A stretch of 35,608 nt of DNA from a virus (Duplodnaviria > Caudoviricetes). The notes beneath the pieces are model-generated. The model saw nothing but the letters and a program-made list of their open reading frames with translations, had not been told where the DNA came from and did not search any database. Position numbers and translations under genes: made by a program. This document shows positions 9,035 to 19,196 of this stretch, piece after piece; positions within the stretch are counted from its first letter, which is position 1, and each line of letters opens with the position of its first letter. The stretch covers positions 1-35,608 of the IMG/VR virus record IMGVR_UViG_3300037506_000165; one strand, written 5' to 3'.

Positions 9035-9818
9035 CCATATCGTGCTCTACACGGTACCTGGGTGGGGCAAAACCTCATTCGCGGCCCAGGCAGACAAAGT
9101 CCTCTTCTTCATGTCACGAGGCGAAACTGGATTGCTCACCTTGTCGCAACATGACCAGATCCCAGAAACCCCTTTCATGCAATTTCAAGACGGGCACAAC
9201 CTTGTTCCTGACGCCCGATCTTGGCAGCAGGTTCTTCAAGCCATTGATGCACTGCTCCATCAAGACCACGACTATAAATGGATTGCCTTCGACACCCTCA
9301 ATGGAATAGAAAGGCTGTGCCACGAACATGTATGCCAAAAGGAATTTGCTGGCAATTGGGGCGAAAACGGCTTTGCTGCCTACCAGCGAGGCTACGACAT
9401 CTCCATCGCCTACTGGCTCGAATTCCTCAACTTGCTCAACAAGCTGCGCGACGAGCGTGGCATCGGCACCATAAGCCTTTGCCACGTCGCCAACAAAACC
9501 ATCAAAAACCCGCTCGGGGCCGACTACGACAGCTTCTTGCCTGACATGCACCTGAAAACATGGGCCAAAACGTCAGGCTGGGCTGACATCATCTTATTCG
9601 GTCGCTTCGAACTCGAAGTACTCCAAGCCAAGACTGACGCCACCAAGAAAGGCAAGGCCCGCGGAGGCAAAAACCGCATCATCTACACCACACACTGCGC
9701 TGGCTGGGATGCCAAAAACCGTCACGGCTTGCCTGACTACATCCTAATAAGCAACGAATCGGCAGCCCAAGCATGGCAAGACTTCAAAGACGCCTTTTCT
9801 AACAAGGAGAACGCATGA
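8991..9818 (+). CDS. AAA_24 / Sak4-like ATPase (single-strand annealing)
   Basis: VPGWGKTS, IAFDTLNGIE, YQRGY, WADIILF, WDAKNRHGLP; start uncertain (TTG 8991 or GTG 9027). Confidence 0.85.
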   Translation: MTKLVAIKPNKRVPNHIVLYTVPGWGKTSFAAQADKVLFFMSRGETGLLTLSQHDQIPETPFMQFQDGHNLVPDARSWQQVLQAIDALLHQDHDYKWIAFDTLNGIERLCHEHVCQKEFAGNWGENGFAAYQRGYDISIAYWLEFLNLLNKLRDERGIGTISLCHVANKTIKNPLGADYDSFLPDMHLKTWAKTSGWADIILFGRFELEVLQAKTDATKKGKARGGKNRIIYTTHCAGWDAKNRHGLPDYILISNESAAQAWQDFKDAFSNKENA

Positions 9819-10309
9819 AAACGTATCTGCCTGGCAAGTATCGCTGCAAGGTGACCGAGCAAAGCTTCACCAAAGCCAAGACTGGAACCCACCAGTTCGA
9901 ACTGCGCTTTGTCCCCGAAGGGCGATACAACGATCAGACTGGAGAACTGGAAGCCTGTGCGGCTGACGAACGCACAATCTTCAGGCCAATCACCGAAAAG
10001 ACAGTCGATGGCATTTTCCAGGACCTTGACAAGCTCTTTGGTTACACAGACACGACTTTCAGCCGCCTGGACCCGGGTCACCAGGAGTGCTTTTCGTTGG
10101 TCGGAATGGAGTTCGACGCTCAACTCGACTACGAAACCTGGAACCAAAAAGAGCGCGAACGCTGGCGATGGCTCGCAGGCAACGGCCGACCCCAAGGCCA
10201 ACTCCTCGACAGCGACGACATCCGCAAGTTGGACACCATGTTCGCGCGCAACAAGAAGCCAAACGGCAAGCAAACGAACACCAAACGAGCCGCCAAGGCT
10301 CCGTTCTAA
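9815..10309 (+). CDS. SSB-like protein (DUF669-like)
   Basis: LPGKYRCKV...KAKTG N-terminus, C-terminal PF, position right after Sak4. Confidence 0.65.
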   Translation: MKTYLPGKYRCKVTEQSFTKAKTGTHQFELRFVPEGRYNDQTGELEACAADERTIFRPITEKTVDGIFQDLDKLFGYTDTTFSRLDPGHQECFSLVGMEFDAQLDYETWNQKERERWRWLAGNGRPQGQLLDSDDIRKLDTMFARNKKPNGKQTNTKRAAKAPF

Positions 10310-10393
10310 CATCGACCTCTTCTCTGCCAGCCGGCCAGCATCTGCAAAGGACAGCAGGGCTGGCCGGCCCAATTACCCAAGCGAGGACAACTG

Positions 10394-10987
10394 ATGCGCA
10401 TTTATTTCGTCGGAGCGCACGCTACTGGCAAAACAACCCTGGCCAAGCACATTGCTCGCAAATACGACTTGCAACTCATTACCGAAGCTGCGCGCCAGGT
10501 GCTTGCCGAGGAAGAAGCAACACTCGACAAGATACGCACAGACCAGGATCGTGCAAATCGGTTTCAAAAGACAATCTTCCTCAAGCAGCTTGCCAAAGAA
10601 ATCCAGGCAAATGACAACTTCGTATCAGATCGAGCCTTCGATTTCATGGCTTACGCCGCTGAACACTCCACGTGCGCAGCAGCAATTCATGCTCAAGCCT
10701 GGAAGTCGTACCTCGACAAACTGCGAGACCCAAGAGCCCTCATCTTCTTCGTCAGGCCACACAAACACCTGAGACACCACGACGGCGTTCGCACCGACCT
10801 CTCCTGGGCCGCCATCTGCCGGATCGACGGAATGATTCAATACATCCTAGAAGCTGGCCGACTGCGCTACTACCCTGTCGCCGAGAAAAGTCTGCGTAAC
10901 CGCCTTCGCCTCTGCGAAAACGTCATCAATCTGGCATTCAGGAGACACCATAAACCAGAAGGAGTCGTTCCGTTTCAAGTCGCCTAA
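10394..10987 (+). CDS. P-loop nucleotide kinase-like protein (AAA_28/NadR-type)
   Basis: GAHATGKTT, ITEAAR, VSDRAFDFMAY. Confidence 0.8.
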   Translation: MRIYFVGAHATGKTTLAKHIARKYDLQLITEAARQVLAEEEATLDKIRTDQDRANRFQKTIFLKQLAKEIQANDNFVSDRAFDFMAYAAEHSTCAAAIHAQAWKSYLDKLRDPRALIFFVRPHKHLRHHDGVRTDLSWAAICRIDGMIQYILEAGRLRYYPVAEKSLRNRLRLCENVINLAFRRHHKPEGVVPFQVA

Positions 10988-11010
10988 CCAACAAACATGG
11001 AGAACAAGCA

Positions 11011-11349
11011 ATGAAAACCAAGGCACAACAGAAAAGGCGAAAGCCCTACTGGCCCCACGTGATTCGTCAAGCCGCACAGCGCAAAAAGCAAAGGAAACCA
11101 GCCTTCACCTCCAAACAAAAACGCTTGGCAAAAGCATGGCTATCATGCGCATGTGGCAAACTCGACAAACGAATCCCAAAAGAATTGGACGGCGCTCCAA
11201 AAGATTGCCGCCTCTTCAGCTTGGGTATCGACTTCGCTATGGCCGTAGCGCGAGACAATCCGCAAGGCGCGCTAGACTTGCTACGTAAAATCCAAAAGCG
11301 CGAGGCCGAACTTCTAAAGGAGCTCGGCAACAAGCCGAAGGCCACCTAA
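11011..11349 (+). CDS. basic hypothetical protein
   Basis: GGAG RBS; no recognised domain. Confidence 0.55.
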   Translation: MKTKAQQKRRKPYWPHVIRQAAQRKKQRKPAFTSKQKRLAKAWLSCACGKLDKRIPKELDGAPKDCRLFSLGIDFAMAVARDNPQGALDLLRKIQKREAELLKELGNKPKAT

Positions 11350-11493
11350 AGCGCAGTACTACCACTTTGCTACCACTACGCCCAAGCTCCGCACTGCATT
11401 TTCGACTACACTCACTCACCACAACGTTCGCTATTGCAAACATCCTCGACTTGCTGTAAGCTGTGACGCATAACCAACATCGCGTCCAGCCGC

Positions 11494-11552
11494 ACCCAAA
11501 GCTGAGCGGTTTCCTAAACCGGCTGTCGCAGGTTCGAATCCTGCTGTGGGTA
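11494..11552 (+). mobile_element. tRNA-Arg(CCT) 3' fragment, probable attP core
   Basis: CGGT-TTCCTAA-ACCG anticodon arm, GCAGG-TTCGAAT-CCTGC T-arm, no D-arm; ~110 nt upstream of the integrase. Confidence 0.8.
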
Positions 11553-11659
11553 GTTCGCAAGTCGAGCGCTGACCGCAAGATGCGGACCCGCAAGGTGCGG
11601 CGCAGCTGCAAGCCAAAAGTGGTAGGCTACCACCCAGGCTTGTGCAGGGAGCCACACCA

Positions 11660-12811
11660 ATGCCAAGAATACCAAAGCTTCGCCGCCACGCCACCGGACA
11701 AGCGCACGCCAGAATAGGCGGCAAGGATTACTACTTCGGAGTGTGGCCAGAAGGCAAAAAGACCCCACCCGAAGCGGCGCGCGTCAGGTACGAAGCAATC
11801 CTCGCCGAGTGGCTCTCGTGTGGTCGGAGCTTCGCCGGCCACACGAATCTCACCATCACACAACTGATCGCCGAATACTGGCTCTGGGCTGCGAAGCGAT
11901 ACGAAACATCTCCTACCGAACTGCGAGACATCAAGCACGCACTACCCGAGTTGCGGCACCTTTACAGCCACGCCAGCGCATACAAGTTCAGCCTGACCCA
12001 CCTAGAACAAGTCCGCTACGCCATGATTCAACGCGGCCTAAAACGAATAGTCATCAATCACAGAATTGACAAGATCAAAAGACTGTTCAAATGGGCTGCA
12101 AGCCGAAAGCTCATTCCCCAAAACGTCTGGCACGACATCAGCCTGCTCGAAAGCCTCAAACCAGGCCAATCCAAAGCAAAAGAATCGCAGCCTATCGGGC
12201 CTCCGGACCCAAACGCTGTGACGGCTGCGCTCCGCTACGTGAGCCCTCAAGTCGCAGCCATGATCCAACTCCAAAGATGGACGGGCATGAGGCCCGGCGA
12301 GGTCTGCAAAATGCAAAAACACCTCATCGACATCACGGTCCAGCCATGGACCTACCGCATCCACTTCAAACGCAAGCTTCGCACCATCCCGCTGGGGCCT
12401 AAAGCAACATTTCTCCTCTCTCACTGGATGAACGAGAATCACTCACTGAGAGACTATCTCTTTTCTCCGAGGGAAGCCGAGCAGATCAGAAGATCTCTGC
12501 AAGCCGCGAGACGAACCCACGCCAGACGCAAGTCCACCATACAGCTTCGCGTGAGACGTAGGGAGCCAGGACCAAAGTACACAGTCGCATCCTATGCCCG
12601 AGCCATTGCCAGGGCGTGCCGCAAGGCAGGCGTCAAGCACTGGCATCCCCACCAGCTGCGCCACGAAATGGCAACACGCATCCAGCTAGCCGTCGCAGAA
12701 AGCCTTGCTGCTGCACAAGCAGTCCTCGAACACACCAGCCCGCAAGTCACGCAGATTTACGCACACGCCAGCAACAACATTGCAGCTGCACTGGTAGCCA
12801 AGCACGGGTAA
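11660..12811 (+). CDS. int: tyrosine recombinase/integrase
   Basis: TGMRPGE (Arg), HQLRH, LEH, TQIY (Tyr). Confidence 0.93.
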   Translation: MPRIPKLRRHATGQAHARIGGKDYYFGVWPEGKKTPPEAARVRYEAILAEWLSCGRSFAGHTNLTITQLIAEYWLWAAKRYETSPTELRDIKHALPELRHLYSHASAYKFSLTHLEQVRYAMIQRGLKRIVINHRIDKIKRLFKWAASRKLIPQNVWHDISLLESLKPGQSKAKESQPIGPPDPNAVTAALRYVSPQVAAMIQLQRWTGMRPGEVCKMQKHLIDITVQPWTYRIHFKRKLRTIPLGPKATFLLSHWMNENHSLRDYLFSPREAEQIRRSLQAARRTHARRKSTIQLRVRRREPGPKYTVASYARAIARACRKAGVKHWHPHQLRHEMATRIQLAVAESLAAAQAVLEHTSPQVTQIYAHASNNIAAALVAKHG

Positions 12812-12846
12812 CGACGCAACTCAGCTGCCCCAGCTGAGTTACGTCG
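12812..12846 (+). terminator. stem-loop after integrase
   Basis: CGACGcAACTCAGCTG-CCC-CAGCTGAGTTaCGTCG; no U-tract on +. Confidence 0.5.
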
Positions 12847-12903
12847 AATCTGCGAAAAAACCTTGACAGCTACGGTATTATCTCACTCCGCCACATTTTT
12901 GAC

Positions 12904-12932
12904 TTGAAACACATACTGAACATGGGTACAGT
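12904..12932 (+). promoter_or_regulatory. candidate sigma70-type promoter for DUF1580-helicase operon
   Basis: TTGAAA-17 nt-TACAGT. Confidence 0.35.
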
Positions 12933-12991
12933 TAGGCAAATGCAGGCATCTGGCTTTTGGCTAACATTAGATACACGAAGGGAGGCTTGCC

Positions 12992-13285
12992 GTGCAAGAG
13001 TTGCCAAACGACAACGAGTTGATTCCGCTCTCCGAGGCCGCCAAATACTTCCCAGGTCGCACAGAGTCGCGCCGGGTCTGCCTCCACACACTGTACAGGT
13101 GGATCAAAAAAGGCGTTCGCGGAGTTCGCCTGAGAGTGCAGGTCGTCGGCTACCGCCAATACTGCACTACCAGAAAGTGGATTCGCGAGTTCACTGAAGC
13201 GACCAACAAAGAACACCCAATCGCGACCAGACCACACCTGCCGCACCACAAAGCCGACGAAATCCTAACTGAATCAGGTATCTAA
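12992..13285 (+). CDS. DUF1580 HTH protein (excisionase-like)
   Basis: LIPLSEAAKYFP...TLYRWIKKGVRGVRL...TTRKWIREF; GGGAGG RBS, GTG start. Confidence 0.8.
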   Translation: MQELPNDNELIPLSEAAKYFPGRTESRRVCLHTLYRWIKKGVRGVRLRVQVVGYRQYCTTRKWIREFTEATNKEHPIATRPHLPHHKADEILTESGI

Positions 13286-13288
13286 CAC

Positions 13289-14413
13289 ATGACCACAGCA
13301 GCACCAAAAGAGCGCCCGCGCATCTTGCGCATGAACAAGATACCAACCAAGCCCATCCACTTTCTATGGAAACCATGGATTCCTCTCGGCAAGATAACAG
13401 TCGTAGACGGCGACCCCGACCTAGGCAAGTCAACCATGCTGCTCGACATTGCAGCCAGGCTCAGCACGAACGGGCTAATGCCGGACGGATTCCAGGGGCC
13501 AACGGGAGCAACTGTACTTCTGTCAGCTGAAGATGGAGCCCATGACACCATAAAGCCGAGGCTCATGACGGCAGGAGCCGACCTAGCCAAGATCGTCGCC
13601 ATCACCGAAGTACATGGCGACCACTACACTCGACCCATCCGCCTGCCGGCCGACCTTAAGATCGTCCTCAAAGCCATCATGGCAACACAAGCCAAGCTGC
13701 TAATCATAGACCCGCTCATGGCATACCTTGACGGCGTAGACGCCGTGAAGGACCAAGAAGTACGATACGCCTTGCACCTCTTCAGTAAGCTAGCTGAACG
13801 TACTGGCGCAGCCATCATCTTGCTGCGGCACCTGAACAAGGCCAGCGGAACCAAAGCCATCTATCGCGGCGGTGGAAGCATTGGCATCATCGGGGCGGCC
13901 CGATCTGGCATCCTAGTAGCCAAAAGCCCAGACAACCCAGAACAACGCATCCTGGCGTGCTCTAAGAACAACTTGGCCAAAACACCCCCCTCCCTGACAT
14001 TCGAACTGGTACCAACGCCAGACGGACCATGTCGCGTCTTTTGGGCAGGCCAAACCGCCATCACGGCCAATGAACTGCTGTGCGCAGAAAACGACCACGA
14101 AGATAAACCTGCCATAGACGAAGCCGCCGAATTCCTCACGCAACTGCTGGCTCAAGGCCCAATGTCGTCCAAGGCGATTTACTCCCAGGCCAAGAGCGCA
14201 GGGATCGCCGAAAAGACTCTGCACCGCGCCAAGAAGAAGCTGGGAGTCAAAGCCCTCAAAGACACACAACCAAACGGGGCATGGGTCTGGCAGTTGCAAC
14301 CAGAAGATGGCCAAGCCCCCCTGCCATGCGGACCTTGGCCACCTTCGCCAATAAAAGGATCAGACGGAACCGCAACTCCCTGCGAACCAACACCTTCGGA
14401 ATACGCAGCGTAG
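13289..14413 (+). CDS. AAA_25 RepA-like replicative helicase
   Basis: GDPDLGKS, LSAEDG, LIIDPL, LRHLNK, GSIGIIGAAR, KNNLA. Confidence 0.88.
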   Translation: MTTAAPKERPRILRMNKIPTKPIHFLWKPWIPLGKITVVDGDPDLGKSTMLLDIAARLSTNGLMPDGFQGPTGATVLLSAEDGAHDTIKPRLMTAGADLAKIVAITEVHGDHYTRPIRLPADLKIVLKAIMATQAKLLIIDPLMAYLDGVDAVKDQEVRYALHLFSKLAERTGAAIILLRHLNKASGTKAIYRGGGSIGIIGAARSGILVAKSPDNPEQRILACSKNNLAKTPPSLTFELVPTPDGPCRVFWAGQTAITANELLCAENDHEDKPAIDEAAEFLTQLLAQGPMSSKAIYSQAKSAGIAEKTLHRAKKKLGVKALKDTQPNGAWVWQLQPEDGQAPLPCGPWPPSPIKGSDGTATPCEPTPSEYAA

Positions 14414-14620
14414 CTGGTCATACTTGGCCACCTTCAATGACCAGCTTCGAAGCACACGGCGAAGGTGGCCAGCGAAGCTGGTCAAGCCTGACCAGCTTCG
14501 CTGCATACCGCAAAACTATACCACACTTCAACTTGCAACTGTAGCGACTCCAAAATCGCCGAAGATAGCCAAGAACACCGTGCAAGAGACGCGCGGCCAC
14601 CTTCGTGCACAGGAGCACCA

Positions 14621-15016
14621 ATGAACAAACGCAGCCACCGCCTATTTATCCGGCGAACGCTTAACGTCTGGCACACCCAGAAGCGCAAGCCTGGCCCACT
14701 CGGATCACAACTCACACTAGACCAGCTTCGTGGCATGGTAAAGGCGCAACAACAATGCCCTTACTGCTACACCGTCATCACGCCGCGCAACTTCAGCATG
14801 GACCATCGAGTACCACTAAGCAGAGGGGGCTTACACGACATCGCAAACGTAACGATTTGCTGCAAGGCGTGCAACACGGCTAAAGGGCAACTGACAGACC
14901 AAGAATACGCCAAGCTCCTGCACTTTCTCTGCACCAACTACATCCAGGCAGCACAGCGCGACATCTTGGCCCGACTCAAAGCTGGGGCTCGGCGATTCAT
15001 GAGAAAGGCTGCGTAA
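14621..15016 (+). CDS. HNH endonuclease
   Basis: CPYC...DHRVPLSRGGLHDIANVTICCKACNTAKG. Confidence 0.9.
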   Translation: MNKRSHRLFIRRTLNVWHTQKRKPGPLGSQLTLDQLRGMVKAQQQCPYCYTVITPRNFSMDHRVPLSRGGLHDIANVTICCKACNTAKGQLTDQEYAKLLHFLCTNYIQAAQRDILARLKAGARRFMRKAA

Positions 15017-15018
15017 CT

Positions 15019-15546
15019 ATGAAGAAGCTCACCCCCGACCAACAAAAGCTCGCCGCCAGCGGAATACACCTCGCCACAGCTCTGGCCTGTAAGTTCGTCA
15101 AGAAGCTCACAGACAAATCTAACGAACAAGAATACCACTCGGCAGCACAACTAGCCCTATGTCACGCAGCACTCTCATACGACCCAAGCCTCGGAAGCCT
15201 CTGGACGACATACGCCTACAAGGTCATCCAGAACGCGCTAATGCGCACACACCGAAACCTCAAACCCAAGGGATTCAGGCACAACAAAGACAGTAATCAG
15301 CCCCCAGTAATCCTCCGTCGCAGCCAGGAACACCTCGACGAAATCCCAGACCCCAGAACCGCGCATCCACAAATAGACGAAACACTAGAAGGACTGCGCG
15401 ACTCAACCAAACAAATCCTAACCGACCACATCCTGGGCGGCCGATCTTGCCGGCAAATTGCACGAGACTGCCAGGCCAACCCAAGCGCCATACGAAACAA
15501 AATCACCAGGGCGCTCACCAAACTCCGCCGACAACTTGCCGCATGA
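15019..15546 (+). CDS. sigma-70 family sigma factor
   Basis: region 2 (AALSYDPSLGSLWTTYAYKVI) and region 4 HTH (GRSCRQIA...RALTKLR). Confidence 0.8.
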   Translation: MKKLTPDQQKLAASGIHLATALACKFVKKLTDKSNEQEYHSAAQLALCHAALSYDPSLGSLWTTYAYKVIQNALMRTHRNLKPKGFRHNKDSNQPPVILRRSQEHLDEIPDPRTAHPQIDETLEGLRDSTKQILTDHILGGRSCRQIARDCQANPSAIRNKITRALTKLRRQLAA

Positions 15547-16859
15547 AATCCCCAACCATTCTCAGCTACGCACTGGACCCATCACTCATCATGAGGGCGA
15601 TGGGAAAGAAGCCAGACCCGTGGCAAAAAGCAGTCTTGAACGAAAAAGAACACCTATTGCTCAACTGTCACAGACAGGCCGGCAAAAGCACCATCATCGG
15701 CGTCAAGGCTTGTCACCGAGCCGTTTTCTTCCCCAAGTCAACAGTCGTCATCATCAGCAAGACCCAACGTCAAGCCGGAGAGTCCTTCCGCAAGTTCCTG
15801 GACGCATACTATGCCATTGGCGCACCCGTCGCCATGACGCACGACTCGCAACTCTTCTGCGAGCTAGAAAACAAAAGCCGCGTCATATCCCTGCCAGGAC
15901 GAGAGGACACCATTCGCGGCTACAGCGCCGTAGACCTTCTAATCATCGACGAGGCTTCGCGCGTCCCCGACTTCCTCTACGCCGCAGTCAGACCTATGGT
16001 CGCCATCTCGCGTGGCCAAATCGCTTGCCTCAGCACCCCATTCGGTCAACGCGGATTCTTTTGGCGCGAATGGAAGCGCACCGATCACTGGAAACGCATC
16101 CAGGTATCCGCAGACCAATGCCCACGGTTTACCAAGGAATACCTAGAAGCCGAAAGGCTAGCTCTTGGTGACAATGCCTTCGCACAAGAGTACATGTGTT
16201 CCTTTGTAGCCATTGAAGGGCTCGTCTATCCAAACTTCAAGCGCTGCCTCATTGACACATGGCCAGATCCAAAGGGCCGCAAGATCGGCGGAATTGACTG
16301 GGGCTGGAGGAACCCCTTTGCCGCCGTCTGGGGCATTCACGACCAGGACACAGACATCCTCTACATCCAGGCCGAGCGATACGCATCCACGCGCCCACTA
16401 GCCGAACACCGCGACGCCCTCAAGAAAGTTGGCGGCACATGGTACGCAGACCCTTCGGGGCCAACAGAAATCGCTGAATTCCGCGCAGCTGGCATCAGTG
16501 TATTCAAGGGCAACAACGCCCTCGAAGCCGGCATAGCCGCAGTTACGGCCCGAATCGACAGCGACCGCCTCAAAATCTACGCACCAAACTGCCCCAACGT
16601 CATTGACGAGGGAGAGACATACCGATACCCAGATCGGCGCGAGTACCACCCAGAGCCAACAAAGCCAATCGACGAACACAATCACGCCTGGAGCGCAATA
16701 CGCTACCTCATTAGCAAGCTCGATGTCCACTTCATGGCTCGCTACCGATTTAGAGAAGAGCTTGCCCAGCCACTCCTACCAAGGCTGCAACCGCAACAGC
16801 ACCCAGCCGAGCGCATTGGCCCAGACTTCAACGACCCCAACATCTGGACAACTGTCTAA
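15543..16859 (+). CDS. terL: terminase large subunit
   Basis: HRQAGKST, LIIDEAS, STPFG, GIDWG RNase H-like domain, DEHNHA. Confidence 0.93.
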   Translation: MKSPTILSYALDPSLIMRAMGKKPDPWQKAVLNEKEHLLLNCHRQAGKSTIIGVKACHRAVFFPKSTVVIISKTQRQAGESFRKFLDAYYAIGAPVAMTHDSQLFCELENKSRVISLPGREDTIRGYSAVDLLIIDEASRVPDFLYAAVRPMVAISRGQIACLSTPFGQRGFFWREWKRTDHWKRIQVSADQCPRFTKEYLEAERLALGDNAFAQEYMCSFVAIEGLVYPNFKRCLIDTWPDPKGRKIGGIDWGWRNPFAAVWGIHDQDTDILYIQAERYASTRPLAEHRDALKKVGGTWYADPSGPTEIAEFRAAGISVFKGNNALEAGIAAVTARIDSDRLKIYAPNCPNVIDEGETYRYPDRREYHPEPTKPIDEHNHAWSAIRYLISKLDVHFMARYRFREELAQPLLPRLQPQQHPAERIGPDFNDPNIWTTV

Positions 16860-18247
16860 TGACACTCAAAACCATCTTGCATCGCCTTGCCAAATGGGTC
16901 GCCGCCAAGACCACACAAGGCTCCTTCGGCTCCGGCATCAGCACACCCATAGACGCATATGGACGTCACCGCGCACCTACTCAGGTCGAACTGATAGCTC
17001 AACTCAAGAACACAGCTTACACCTGCGCAACCATCAACGCCCAGGTCTGCGCCACCTTTCCGCCCAAGCTCTACGTAGCAACCGCAACAGGACAGCGCAA
17101 AACGCGACTCGCCACACGCGCCTTGCGCGCCTCAGAGCTTGAGCGCCTGCGCCAAAACAAGAACATTCAGCAATACATCGCCAAGGCTCACACAGTCGAG
17201 GAAGTGACCGAGCACCCAATGCTCGACATGTTCCGCAACAACTTTGACTTGTGGGAACTCACCACGCTATACCAGGAGTCCGTGGGCTCAGCCTATTGGC
17301 TTTTGGAGTACAACGACCTCGGTGTGCCACACAACGCCTGGATTCTGCCGGCATACATGGTCACACCCAAGCGCGAGGACGGCAGCACGCGCGTTATCGA
17401 CTACTTCGAGTACACAAAAGGGACACGCACAGAAAAATTCGGGACCCACGAAATCATCTACTTCCGCTACCCAGACCCAAAGGACCCATACCGAAGCGGA
17501 CTCTCGCCAGTACGAGCAACCTACGAAAACATCGCAATGGCCAGCGAATATTTGGCATTCAAGCGAACAATGTGGGACAACGCTGGGATGCCAAGCGTGC
17601 TAATCAGTCCACACGACGGCTGTGGACCCGACGAGCGCCAAAGGCTTGAAGAAAAATGGCGACAACTCTTCCACCGAGGCGGCCGAACCGGCGGCGCTAT
17701 GGTTGCCGAATACCAAATGCACGTGGACATTCTCAGCCACAGCATGGGCGACCTTGCCGCTTTGGCCGAGTACGGCGCAACAACCAAGGACATTTGCAAC
17801 GCCTTCCACGTCCCAATTAGCTTTTTGACCAGCGAAACCAATCTCGCCAACTTGCAAGCCGCGCGCGAGCAGCACCGCAGCATGGCGATCAAGCCGAGAA
17901 TCTTGCGCCGCGACGACACCATCAATCGACAACTCGTTCCCTTGTTCGATGACTCAGGACGGCTATTTGTGGTCAGTCCGGACCCAGTACCCGACAACGA
18001 AGAGTTGCGCCTGAAAAAGATGGACCTCGAATTGCGCCTCGGCAAAAAAGCCATCAACGAATGGCGCGAGCTGGACGGCGAGCCGCCAGTCGAATGGGGA
18101 GACAAGCCGTGGCTCCCAGGGCATTGGATTCCCACAGACAAGGCCCGAGCCAACGTACAAATCGTGCTGATTGACAACCAAGACAAGCCCAACCCTGGCC
18201 TTGACGCATCTCCATCCATCGACCAACAGCCAAAGGATGAACAATGA
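16859..18247 (+). CDS. portal protein (HK97 type)
   Basis: GSAYW, EIIYFRYPDP..YRSGLSP, ICNAFHVP, INEWRELDG; position after terL. Confidence 0.9.
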   Translation: MTLKTILHRLAKWVAAKTTQGSFGSGISTPIDAYGRHRAPTQVELIAQLKNTAYTCATINAQVCATFPPKLYVATATGQRKTRLATRALRASELERLRQNKNIQQYIAKAHTVEEVTEHPMLDMFRNNFDLWELTTLYQESVGSAYWLLEYNDLGVPHNAWILPAYMVTPKREDGSTRVIDYFEYTKGTRTEKFGTHEIIYFRYPDPKDPYRSGLSPVRATYENIAMASEYLAFKRTMWDNAGMPSVLISPHDGCGPDERQRLEEKWRQLFHRGGRTGGAMVAEYQMHVDILSHSMGDLAALAEYGATTKDICNAFHVPISFLTSETNLANLQAAREQHRSMAIKPRILRRDDTINRQLVPLFDDSGRLFVVSPDPVPDNEELRLKKMDLELRLGKKAINEWRELDGEPPVEWGDKPWLPGHWIPTDKARANVQIVLIDNQDKPNPGLDASPSIDQQPKDEQ

Positions 18248-19077
18248 AATGGCATCAAGACTTCGGCCCAGTCGAGGGGCCGCTTGGCTTCCCAATGCTC
18301 GACAAACAAGCCCAGGCCATCGACCAGCTTCTCAAAACGCTCCCAAAGGATGAGGCATTTCGCTACCGCAAATCTGCCCAATTCAAGCTCACAGAGCTAA
18401 TGACCGGCGAGCGCACCGACGTAAGCTGGATCAGCACGCAAGACGTAGACCGAGTCGGCGACGTAGTCATAGCCGCCGGCATGGATGACTCGCACTACCG
18501 ACTCAACCCGCTTGTCACACTCGGCCACGAATACGACACAATGCCTGTCGGAAAAAGCCAATGGCGCAAGCGCGACAAGGATGGATCGCTTGTAGGAGTC
18601 AAGGCCAAAACGGTCTACCCCAAGAGACCCGACGACTGGCCTGGCGAAGAGTGGGACCCGGACTACGCATGGTCGCTCGTCAAGGCTGACCTTCTGCGCG
18701 GCAAATCCATCGGTTTTCTCCCCCTCGAAGTCCACAGTCCAAAACCAGAGGAGATCAAAAAGAATCCAGAATGGGCCAACGCCACACTCATTATCGACAA
18801 ATGGCTCCTCTTGGAGTACGCCTGTTGCTTCCTGCCAATCCAGCAACACGCCGTGGTCATTGAGGTTGGCAAGGCTGCCCTGCCGCCAAAAGCTCTACAC
18901 ATGGTCGCGAAAGGCTACAACCTCAACATAGAACAGCTTGTGCAGCAACACATCGGGTTCACCACAATCGAAGCCGTCCAAGAGGCCATTCAGCGACGAC
19001 TAATGCAAATCGACTTCGCTGCCATCACCGAATCAGCCATCAGTACAGCCGTAAATCGCGCCAAAGGCCGAGTATAA
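18244..19077 (+). CDS. prohead protease (HK97 type)
   Basis: ISTQDVDRVGDVV, NPLVTLGH, SIGF, LLEY; between portal and capsid. Confidence 0.8.
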   Translation: MKWHQDFGPVEGPLGFPMLDKQAQAIDQLLKTLPKDEAFRYRKSAQFKLTELMTGERTDVSWISTQDVDRVGDVVIAAGMDDSHYRLNPLVTLGHEYDTMPVGKSQWRKRDKDGSLVGVKAKTVYPKRPDDWPGEEWDPDYAWSLVKADLLRGKSIGFLPLEVHSPKPEEIKKNPEWANATLIIDKWLLLEYACCFLPIQQHAVVIEVGKAALPPKALHMVAKGYNLNIEQLVQQHIGFTTIEAVQEAIQRRLMQIDFAAITESAISTAVNRAKGRV

Positions 19078-19196
19078 CCAATTAGAGCCGATCCACATCA
19101 GGCGGGCCAAGGCGGACTCCAAGCCGCTCACCCGCTCACGTCGAGACGGACCACCACACATCACACATCCCACAACCGCACAGGAACACTCTAACC

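Noticed and set aside
11494-11552. Functional tRNA gene
   Set aside because: No D-arm, mismatch at the top of the anticodon stem, no CCA; better explained as an att core.
12863-12891. TTGACA promoter after the integrase
   Set aside because: No -10 at 16-18 nt spacing; TATTAT is too close.
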